Assembly (NCBI GenBank): GCA_028817035.1
Contig: JAPPQH010000015.1
Coordinates: 1,895 to 65,894, forward strand
DNA length: 64,000 nt
Direction of reading: 5' to 3'
Source of the DNA: Candidatus Campbellbacteria bacterium
GTDB taxonomy: Bacteria; Patescibacteriota; Minisyncoccia; Phycocordibacterales; JABAAK01
The notes below the pieces were generated by a model. That model was not told the origin of the DNA, did no database searches, and saw only the letters and a program-made list of their open reading frames with translations. Of this stretch, positions 1-7,129 are shown piece after piece; position 1 is the first letter of the stretch, and every line of letters starts with the position of its first letter. The position numbers and the translations under genes are program-made.

Positions 1-242
1 AGATAATCTCTCAATCTATCACCTCGGCGGTGGGGGAACAAGTAGTTCGCGTCGGCGAACTAGTAAATATTACAAGGGGTGTTGTTGCAGCAACTCGGCT
101 GCCCGACGTTGATTACAATCATATCGCATTCCCTCCTTTTTGGGTTTCTCATATCAAAGGTGCAACGGCAATACAATACTTGGATTGCCTCTACTTACAT
201 CCTATCATACCCCCTTGCTGATGTCAACCCCCACCCCGACCC

Positions 243-284
243 ACCCAAAAACAAACCCCCAAGGCACACATGTGCCTTGGGGGG
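243..284 (-). terminator. Intrinsic-terminator-like hairpin (cccccaaggcaca..tgtgccttggggg) followed on the minus strand by a T-rich run. It lies downstream of the minus-strand gene 313-846 and is copy A of a conserved hairpin family
   Basis: Inverted repeat read directly. T-rich tail (tgtttgtttttgggtg) on the minus strand. A near-identical element with compensatory stem changes occurs at 2417-2456. Confidence 0.45.
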
Positions 285-312
285 TGGGAGTTCTTGCGAG
301 AAGACTGTTGGT

Positions 313-846
313 TCAGCCGCCGATTGTGTCATACATAGAAGTCGGTGGCTCATAGTCCCACGTATCCTGCTCAGCCATATCACCTGCAATCTTCTCTGCT
401 TTGTTCCACGCTTCCTCCTCAGAATCGTAGGGCGATGACAGGTAAAATTTTTTCCCTGTCCCAACAAACCCGACTACCTGCCAAACGGAAGAAGGATGAG
501 CCTTCACTTCTTCTACAGAAAACTCACATATGTTGTGTGCAAGCAGGGATTCCAGAGATTCACTACTGCATCTCTCAAAGACGTCTACAAAGTAGCATCG
601 TAGCGACCCCACCAATTCTTTTCGTTTTGCATCTGCATCAGAAAAATTTTCGCAAGACTTTGACAGGTAGTGTCTACGAGCGCGGGTTTCTCCTTTGGGA
701 GTACCTAAAAAATCCACGATATCCCCAATTACTCGCCACACACAGCCATCGTATTCTGTGTAGATCCTTGAAAGTTTGTATGGGTTGAGAATATGGGTGG
801 GTTTACCAGCATAATCTCGTTCCCCATATGATTTTAAACATATCAT
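313..846 (-). CDS. hypothetical protein (177 aa), no recognisable motifs
   Basis: Long ORF followed by a terminator hairpin. No family recognised by eye. Confidence 0.4.
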   Translation of the reverse strand: MICLKSYGERDYAGKPTHILNPYKLSRIYTEYDGCVWRVIGDIVDFLGTPKGETRARRHYLSKSCENFSDADAKRKELVGSLRCYFVDVFERCSSESLESLLAHNICEFSVEEVKAHPSSVWQVVGFVGTGKKFYLSSPYDSEEEAWNKAEKIAGDMAEQDTWDYEPPTSMYDTIGG

Positions 847-966
847 CTCTTCACCTCCTGTTCCTTTTTCTACACGGCAAATCCGTGCAGTCCAACCACA
901 TATTAAACTATTAAAAATAGTTTGTCAAACATCAAAATCAATCGCAGACCCAATTCTGCCAATCAA

Positions 967-2175
967 TTATTTAACTTGCACCAACGCAGCATTTACTGAC
1001 TTGTGTTTACTGACTATGTATAAATACAGAGGAAGTAGTATTACGATAAAAATCAATCCCAAGTATATAAATCCGTATTGATACGACAATCGTTCAATTG
1101 TGAAACCGATACCAAAACTTGCTATCGCAGCGATAATTTGAATGATTTGTGCTTGGATTGATAACAGCGTAGATTTGAATTTACTTGTTTTTATAATATC
1201 AATCAAGTAGCTATTATCAACCCTATTCAACCCCCACCGAACTGCATCTATAACAATAAATGTTGCGACTGCAACTTGCCACGATGAAATAAAGCCCAAA
1301 GTTAGAATGAGAAGCGTATAAAAAATCAGCTGAAATCTGTAAAACCCAAAAAGCGACACCCTTTCTCTGATCTTTCCGCTATAAGCAGTCAATAATGAAG
1401 CAAACATTCTTCCCAAACCAAAAAGTACACCATACCAAATAACAGGCACTTCCAAAAATACTTGGTATGGAGCACGAAAGCCCTCAATACCAAACACAAC
1501 CCCAGCAATAATTCCAGAAAACAAGGCGAAAACAAAAAAGTTTAAACGACAACCTTCTTTAACAACTTGCTTGAACTTCGTAACTTGAATTTCTTTTATC
1601 TTCTCTTGTGGAACAGACGGAGACACCAAAAGCGCAGCAGCGATTATGCCGATAACATTAAACACAAGTGCTACGACAAAAGGCGCTTTGAAACTGATGC
1701 TCACAAGAAAGGGCGTGAGTACTATGAATATGATAGGAACCATCAAACCAATTGAGCTTATCTTTCCCATAATTTTTGCATATTCATTTTCTCTTTTGAG
1801 AGCTTGCAGTGTCTCATACATAAAAGCATTACCAGTTCCACCAAAAAAGGCATATCCAATACTCATAAACACACCTCCAAGAATGAGAAAACCAATACTG
1901 TTCGCAAAAAGGAAAAAGAGTGTAGATGCGAGCATAAACAACCGCGACAACACGAGCGCTGTCTTGTGTCCGATTTTGTCAGACAGATACCCACTTGGAA
2001 TCTCAAAAATGACTTGCGAAAAACTTCCAATAAGCAAGATGATACCAATACCCTCTGGCGTAACACCGGGGATTGTTAAATAGTAAGCACCAAGAATCGC
2101 AAGAAAAACCCTCTTGTTTGTGATTAAGAAAAGAGTGTATTTCCAAATATTTGATTGGAGATTTTTTTCTATCAT
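967..2175 (-). CDS. Major facilitator superfamily (MFS) transporter
   Basis: 402 aa with about 12 hydrophobic segments. MFS-like G-rich motifs such as GxLSDKIG. Confidence 0.75.
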   Translation of the reverse strand: MIEKNLQSNIWKYTLFLITNKRVFLAILGAYYLTIPGVTPEGIGIILLIGSFSQVIFEIPSGYLSDKIGHKTALVLSRLFMLASTLFFLFANSIGFLILGGVFMSIGYAFFGGTGNAFMYETLQALKRENEYAKIMGKISSIGLMVPIIFIVLTPFLVSISFKAPFVVALVFNVIGIIAAALLVSPSVPQEKIKEIQVTKFKQVVKEGCRLNFFVFALFSGIIAGVVFGIEGFRAPYQVFLEVPVIWYGVLFGLGRMFASLLTAYSGKIRERVSLFGFYRFQLIFYTLLILTLGFISSWQVAVATFIVIDAVRWGLNRVDNSYLIDIIKTSKFKSTLLSIQAQIIQIIAAIASFGIGFTIERLSYQYGFIYLGLIFIVILLPLYLYIVSKHKSVNAALVQVK

Positions 2176-2204
2176 TCTCTGAATTGTCGCAAGTGTGGAG
2201 TTGC

Positions 2205-2277
2205 GGTGCGAGTAGGGAGAATCGAACTCCCGTTATATCCTTGGCAAGGATACGTTCTACCACTAAACTATACTCGC
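2205..2277 (-). tRNA. tRNA-Gly (anticodon GCC)
   Basis: Cloverleaf read by hand on the reverse complement. Acceptor GCGAGTA/TACTCGC, anticodon loop TTGCCAA, T-arm GGGAG-TTCGATT-CTCCC. CCA is not encoded. Confidence 0.85.
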
Positions 2278-2416
2278 AAGTGAGGTTAAATATTAAAAAA
2301 CAAGTTTTTTAATATTTACACCGAGCGCCGCGAATATATCCCCAAGATATACTCGCAAGTGAGGCGAAGTCATCACCTCTTTTCTATAATATCAAAAACA
2401 CAAAATAAATAAAACA

Positions 2417-2456
2417 CCCAAAAACAAACCCCCAAGGCGCACCTGCGCCTTGGGGG
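2417..2456 (-). terminator. Intrinsic-terminator-like hairpin, copy B of the conserved family (cccccaaggcg..cgccttggggg), downstream of the minus-strand lipoprotein gene
   Basis: Same flanks as copy A (cacccaaaaacaaaccccc). Stem retained through paired a>g / t>c changes. Confidence 0.45.
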
Positions 2457-2498
2457 ATGTCGTCTCTGACCCACAAGTCCCCTTGGTTTGTTTAACCG

Positions 2499-2894
2499 TT
2501 AAGAAGGAACAAATACATCCATGTGGGTCTTAAATATGCCCTGACCACAGCTTGCCTCCTGTACCACACCGCTTTCTCCCTCCCTGGGCTTTCTTTCACC
2601 AATGGAGCGAACAGTGAGTGACCTTGGGTCTGCCCCTGTCGCAGACAAAATAACCTGGTAAAGCCCGCTAAGGCTGTGGTTCTTTGTCTCTCTGTATGCC
2701 TTAACGACCCTATACTCATCACCCTCTGCTTGATCTGGTATAATCTCACAGTTTTCGGGTTCAATGGGCTTGGAATCGTTTCTTGCACCGGGAGCAATCA
2801 TCTCCCCCAATGACATTCTGGCATCATGAAGGGCTGAGCAACCAGACAACAAGACGACGAAAAGAAAAAGAGCAAAAGTATGCAAAGTGCGCAT
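2499..2894 (-). CDS. putative secreted lipoprotein (hypothetical). Its GC content is higher than the surrounding sequence
   Basis: N-terminus MRTLHTFALFLFVVLLSGCSA is a signal peptide with a lipobox (LSGC). ATG at 2894 chosen over the upstream alternative start. Confidence 0.5.
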   Translation of the reverse strand: MRTLHTFALFLFVVLLSGCSALHDARMSLGEMIAPGARNDSKPIEPENCEIIPDQAEGDEYRVVKAYRETKNHSLSGLYQVILSATGADPRSLTVRSIGERKPREGESGVVQEASCGQGIFKTHMDVFVPS

Positions 2895-2995
2895 AATACA
2901 CCCCACTGTTTTCTTTACCGCACAGCCAATCTGCACAGCTAATATTAAAAGTTAGCATATAGTATAAAATTTGTCAAACACATTCTTTAGGCAAC

Positions 2996-3021
2996 AAAAA
3001 AACCACGCCTACGCGTGGTTT
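2996..3021 (-). terminator. Minus-strand intrinsic terminator (stem aaaccacgc / gcgtggttt, 4-nt loop, U7 tail). Unit 1 of a tandem family
   Basis: Perfect 9-bp stem. On the minus strand it is followed by ttttttt. Near-identical copy at 3212-3237. Confidence 0.5.
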
Positions 3022-3211
3022 CAAAATAAAAATATAGAGGTGGAGAAGAAAGGTCGCAGAGCATGTGCTCCGTACCCAAGGAGGAGGCACGACCCACCTC
3101 TCCACAATAGAGAGAAAACTCGTAGAATACCAACACGACTTCTCCCCCATTCAAAGGAATAACCCTTCAAACATTAAAATTGTATAGTACACAAAAATAT
3201 CCGTCAACAAC

Positions 3212-3237
3212 AAAAAAACCACGCCTATGCGTGGTTT
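3212..3237 (-). terminator. Minus-strand intrinsic terminator, copy 2 (aaaccacgcctatgcgtggttt + U-run)
   Basis: Differs from copy 1 by one loop base. Flanked by a similar ggtggag...ctccacc long-range complementarity. Confidence 0.5.
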
Positions 3238-3472
3238 CAAAATAAATGGTGGAGGGAGAGGAGCTATGTCACCGCATGGCGAACCATGCGTAATGCCGTA
3301 CACAACCCATCCCCTCCACGCACCGCTAACGAAACGACATGGATAACTCCTGCAGAAGGAGGACCACATTGCTTCATTTATTATGATATACCCTGCTAAA
3401 ATATCTGTCAATATCCAGATTCTCTCAAGGTCAGATTTATAATCAATCACTCTATCCCCCACTTTTAGTATT

Positions 3473-3546
3473 AAAAAAAGGGATTGCAATTATCAGCACC
3501 ATGCCTTCATTGGTAGATGAGGTCTAAAACCAACAACCGCAATCCC
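3473..3546 (-). other. Long imperfect hairpin (gggattgc...gcaatccc) followed on the minus strand by a T7 run. Possible third minus-strand terminator or the 3' end of a small RNA
   Basis: 8-bp closing stem read directly. A-run 3473-3479 on the plus strand is a U-run on the minus strand. Confidence 0.3.
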
Positions 3547-4082
3547 TTGGCTTTAGTGTAGGACTCCCGATTGCAATAAAAGATTGTACCTACGAGCCAA
3601 TAATAACATTACACCAATTATCTCTTTTTGTCCACTTCTCTATTTACTACTTATTCTCCTATCTAAATTAGTTTTGTATAAAAATTTAGAGGGCCCTGGA
3701 GACTGACGGGATTTCTCCCATCAAATCTCCAAGACCCAAGGGGGTTATGCAAACCGTTGATCGCGTGGCCACGCTACTCCAGCTTCCCCTGGAGCTTTAG
3801 GGCAGCTAGCCATTTGACTAACTGTGGTTTCAAACCAACGGTCTGCGAGGTCGGTCAGTACTAACCGAACCCTAATATATATGGTATACCAAGTCGCAAG
3901 ATTTGTCAACCCCCAGGGCTCGCGAAATCCAACTCATAAATTCGTTGCGGTCAGACTCACATCCCACAACCTATTCCGCTCCCCTGCTCACCCATCTCTT
4001 CCGCCCCATAAAATATAGGGCTATATGTCCGTGTACATACGTATGTACACGAACCTCCCCAAAATGCCTTATTTTGTGTAAA

Positions 4083-4323
4083 AAATGTTTCACGTGAAAC
4101 ATGTATGTACACATACACCCCCCAAAAGTGTGGAAAAGATGTTTCACGTGAAACATGTATGTGTACATACCCCCTAAATTTCCTTATTTTTTGGTGATGG
4201 GATGTTTCACGTGAAACATGTCTGTGTACATACCTCTCAAAAGCTGTGGAAAAGATGTTTCACGTGAAACATGTCTGTGTACATACCTCTCAAAAACTGT
4301 GGAAAAGATGTTTCACGTGAAAC
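4083..4323. repeat. Tandem array (4 full units of 52-65 bp plus 1 partial). Each unit begins with the perfect 18-bp palindrome ATGTTTCACGTGAAACAT followed by GT(A/C)TGTGTACATAC. Three inter-palindrome segments carry TGTGGAAAA, which is one mismatch from a DnaA box. It is not a CRISPR array
   Basis: Palindromes at 4085, 4138, 4202, 4254 and 4306. The inter-palindrome segments resemble each other (aaaagctgtggaaaag / aaaaactgtggaaaag), so they are not unique spacers. Confidence 0.9.
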
Positions 4324-4370
4324 ATTGACTGTTGATAAATGGTGTGTTGTTAGTGCAAAATATATGTGAT

Positions 4371-4745
4371 ATGGTTAATAATATGTTTATAACAAGCAAA
4401 GAAATCGGGATTATAGGTGAAAATATCGCCTGTAGATATCTCACCAAAAAGAAGTATAAAATAATAGAGAGGAACTATAGAAAAAAATGCGGAGAGATAG
4501 ACATAATCGCAGAGAAGGATGACATCATATATTTTTTTGAGGTGAAAACTAATGAATTATCAAATAACTATATCAGACCAGAGGAAAGAATCACCCCCAA
4601 AAAACTCAGAAAAATAAAAATGACCGCTGAACTTTATCAGCTTGAAAAAAAGATAGAAAAAGATGTGGGCGTAAGATCAATCTCTGTTCTGATAGATGTG
4701 GAAGGGAAGGAGGCAAAAGTGTATATGCTAAAAAATATTTTATGA
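4371..4745 (+). CDS. yraN: YraN-family (UPF0102) PD-(D/E)xK endonuclease-like protein
   Basis: GEDIAxxYL...ERNYRxxxGEIDIIAxxxxxxxFxEVKT motif pattern typical of UPF0102. About 125 aa from the ATG at 4371. The ORF track begins at an upstream TTG (4332). Confidence 0.65.
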   Translation: MVNNMFITSKEIGIIGENIACRYLTKKKYKIIERNYRKKCGEIDIIAEKDDIIYFFEVKTNELSNNYIRPEERITPKKLRKIKMTAELYQLEKKIEKDVGVRSISVLIDVEGKEAKVYMLKNIL

Positions 4746-4774
4746 GTTATAGTATAAAAGGGTAGGGAGCAAAT

Positions 4775-4847
4775 CGGGGAATGGTGTAACGGCTAACATT
4801 CTCGCTTTGGGAGCGAGCGACTCCGGGTTCGAATCCCGGTTCCCCGA
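4775..4847 (+). tRNA. tRNA-Pro (anticodon TGG)
   Basis: Acceptor CGGGGAA/TTCCCCG, anticodon stem CTCGC/GCGAG with loop TTTGGGA, T-arm CCGGG-TTCGAAT-CCCGG. Confidence 0.85.
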
Positions 4848-4892
4848 CATTAAATTATTACTTAATAGGGAAGAAGGCAGGAACTTTTTATT
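4832..4892. repeat. 61-bp direct repeat copy 1. It includes the last 16 nt of tRNA-Pro (att-like)
   Basis: aatcccggttccccgacattaaattattacttaatagggaagaaggcaggaactttttatt is identical at 4996-5056. Confidence 0.85.
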
Positions 4893-4995
4893 ATCAATGT
4901 AAACGAACGAGCCCGTTAGGGCTATGGGTTCGGCGCTTTTTTCTTAACGAGCGAAGCGAGTTTAGAAAACAGTTTCACTTGCGAAGCAAGTGAAA

Positions 4996-5056
4996 AATCC
5001 CGGTTCCCCGACATTAAATTATTACTTAATAGGGAAGAAGGCAGGAACTTTTTATT
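4996..5056. repeat. 61-bp direct repeat copy 2 (duplicated tRNA-Pro 3' end plus flank)
   Basis: Exact copy of 4832-4892, 103 bp downstream of copy 1. Confidence 0.85.
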
Positions 5057-5095
5057 CTTGCTTTATATAATAAATACATATATACTAAATTTGTT

Positions 5096-5977
5096 ATGTC
5101 AAATGAACACTCAAAAAAAGTCCCACCTTTTGCTGACTTTTTTAATCCAATAATAAAAGCACTTAAAGAATTAGGAGGTAGTGCTTTAAGAAATGAAATT
5201 GAAAATAAGGTTATTGAAATAATGGGTATTACTGAAAAGCAGGTTAGTTATACATACAATAATAATGATAAATCTATAGTGCTTGATAGAATAGGCTGGG
5301 CACTATTTTATTTAAAGAAAGGCAAAATACTGAAGAGTGGCGGTCGTTCAATTTGGGAATTAGTCAAAAAAGACCAAAAAGAGATAGATGATGTAAAAGA
5401 GTTTATCAAACAGATTAATAAAGAGAGTAGAGAAAAAAAGAAATATCTTGAAGAAGAAAGTATTGAAATAACTCCACAAACAATTGAAGAAGAAAACTTT
5501 GATGAAATTCTCTTGAAAAAATTAAAAGAACTCACCCCTCTGGCCTTTGAAAAATTTTGTAAAAAATTACTTGAAAGAACTGGAGTCACAAATGTTGAAG
5601 AAACATCCTATTCAAATGATCGTGGTATAGATGGGACTGGTGTATTAAAAATACAAGGTTTGGTCAGTTTGCGTATAGCATATCAGTCAAAAAGATATAA
5701 CGAAGTCACTGTTGCTTCTAAAACAATTAGAGATTTCCGTGGGTCTCTTCCTTCTAATGTTGATAAAGGTATAGTTATTACCACTGGAAAATTTACTTCG
5801 GCAGCAAGGAAAGAAGCAATTAGCTCAGAAAAATCAAAAATTATTGATTTAATTGATGGCGAGGAATTGGTAAATATGATGAAAGAATTTAAAATGGGAG
5901 TTGAAACTGAAGACATCAAATCCATAATAAATATTGATGATGAATACTTCAAGCAATTTGAAGAGGGCAAAAAATAA
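5096..5977 (+). CDS. mrr: Mrr-family type IV restriction endonuclease (Mrr_N winged helix plus Mrr_cat PD-(D/E)xK domain)
   Basis: N-terminal Mrr_N-like region (GWALFYLKKGKIL). C-terminal catalytic core GIDGTGVL...QSKRY...GIVITTGKFTSAARKEA...IDLIDGEEL. Confidence 0.8.
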   Translation: MSNEHSKKVPPFADFFNPIIKALKELGGSALRNEIENKVIEIMGITEKQVSYTYNNNDKSIVLDRIGWALFYLKKGKILKSGGRSIWELVKKDQKEIDDVKEFIKQINKESREKKKYLEEESIEITPQTIEEENFDEILLKKLKELTPLAFEKFCKKLLERTGVTNVEETSYSNDRGIDGTGVLKIQGLVSLRIAYQSKRYNEVTVASKTIRDFRGSLPSNVDKGIVITTGKFTSAARKEAISSEKSKIIDLIDGEELVNMMKEFKMGVETEDIKSIINIDDEYFKQFEEGKK

Positions 5978-6005
5978 ACAGGGAAGCATCCTTTATTCCC
6001 AAAAC

Positions 6006-6875
6006 CTAATCAAAAGTATACTCAAGATACTCGTAAATATCTCTTTGATTCATATCGTAAAAAGTAATTCCGCTTCTATTTAATTCTTTTGCGAGTCGGA
6101 CGCCAACAAAACGCCAGTGCCACGGCTCATATTGGTAATACGGATTGTCTTTTGGATAGGAGAGTGTAAAGCCATATTTATGAGCGTTTTTTGTAAGCCA
6201 TCTGTATTGCTCTGTGTCTGCAAAAGCAATAGTAAGTAGCGGACCAGTTTTGCCGACAACATCAACCGTTGTTCCAAGCTGATGCTCTGACAAGCCAGGG
6301 TCTGCGACCGCCGGACTACCCGTTGCAGTTTTTATCCTCTTTTGATGGTCAAAAGATCTATATGCAGAGATAACAACTATATCAACACCATCATCCTCTG
6401 CATCATCAAGCATGTCTCTCAGATAATCAAGAACTTCAGATCTTATCCTTGCTTTTGTCACACTTCCGTGTAGATATTTTTTAGGAATGCTCACCAATGT
6501 GGCTGGGATGTAGTGCTCGTTCAAAAAGTATTCTCTGGAGTATTTATCCAAAATTTCCTTATCTGTGCTTTGTATTTTCGCAACTGACTCAACCTTTTTG
6601 GTGAATTTATTAACTGCTCTTTGTTGTTTATCAAAATCATCCTCAACCTCCTCAATTCCTTCGCTCAGCTTCTTTATATTGCTCTCGGTGAATCTTACAC
6701 TGCTTGATATAACCTTTTCATTCTCCTCAACGCTTTCTTGGATTTCTGCGAGTGTCTGCTGTATCTCTCCAACCTTCTGATTTTGTTTTGTTATGAAATA
6801 TCCTCCAAATACATACCCACCAGCGATGAGTATTACCAAAAAGCCATAACTGAAAAAATAACCTTGCTTCTTCAT
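6006..6875 (-). CDS. Membrane-anchored D-Ala-D-Ala carboxypeptidase-like peptidase (M15B / VanY family)
   Basis: N-terminal TM helix, coiled-coil region, then SAYRSFDHQ...SEHQLGTTVDV...YGFTLSYP...EPWHWRF, which are VanY zinc-peptidase signatures. Confidence 0.75.
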   Translation of the reverse strand: MKKQGYFFSYGFLVILIAGGYVFGGYFITKQNQKVGEIQQTLAEIQESVEENEKVISSSVRFTESNIKKLSEGIEEVEDDFDKQQRAVNKFTKKVESVAKIQSTDKEILDKYSREYFLNEHYIPATLVSIPKKYLHGSVTKARIRSEVLDYLRDMLDDAEDDGVDIVVISAYRSFDHQKRIKTATGSPAVADPGLSEHQLGTTVDVVGKTGPLLTIAFADTEQYRWLTKNAHKYGFTLSYPKDNPYYQYEPWHWRFVGVRLAKELNRSGITFYDMNQRDIYEYLEYTFD

Positions 6876-6941
6876 AATTTCATATATATGGTATCACATA
6901 AATGTGTATTTCTCACATTTGTGCTATATTTTAATATATCT

Positions 6942-7012
6942 GCGGGTGTAGTTTAGTGGTAGAATATCTGCCTTCCAAGCAGAGGACGGGAGTTCGATTC
7001 TCCCCACCCGCA
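6942..7012 (+). tRNA. tRNA-Gly (anticodon TCC)
   Basis: Acceptor GCGGGTG/CACCCGC, anticodon loop CTTCCAA, T-arm GGGAG-TTCGATT-CTCCC. Confidence 0.85.
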
Positions 7013-7129
7013 CAGAGATAAAAGAGGGGAGTGGAGTGGCTGTTAAATTCTGATGTCCTTCACTTTTCAAACAAACCCACCAGCGTTTATTTTTGGTTTA
7101 GAAATGAAATAATGTGCTAAAATATAGTA

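Noticed and set aside
3151-3489. 112-aa minus-strand ORF
   Set aside because: Spans an intrinsic terminator hairpin (3212-3237) internally. It has no SD or start context and lies in the tandem sRNA-like units
3489-3900. Looked for RNase P RNA, SRP RNA and tmRNA signatures in the GC-rich non-coding stretch
   Set aside because: Conserved motifs (RNase P CR-I/CR-IV, SRP GGAAGCAGCC, tmRNA tag reading frame with T-arm) were not found by eye. Left as an unassigned possible structured region
3971-4168. 65-aa minus-strand ORF (MYTYMFHVKHLF...)
   Set aside because: Its internally repetitive translation is generated by the tandem repeat array, not by a real gene
4083-4323. Possible CRISPR array (regularly spaced about 36-bp conserved units)
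   Set aside because: The inter-repeat segments are similar to each other (aaaagctgtggaaaag vs aaaaactgtggaaaag) and are short (16-29 bp). No cas genes are nearby. It is better described as a tandem palindrome/iteron array
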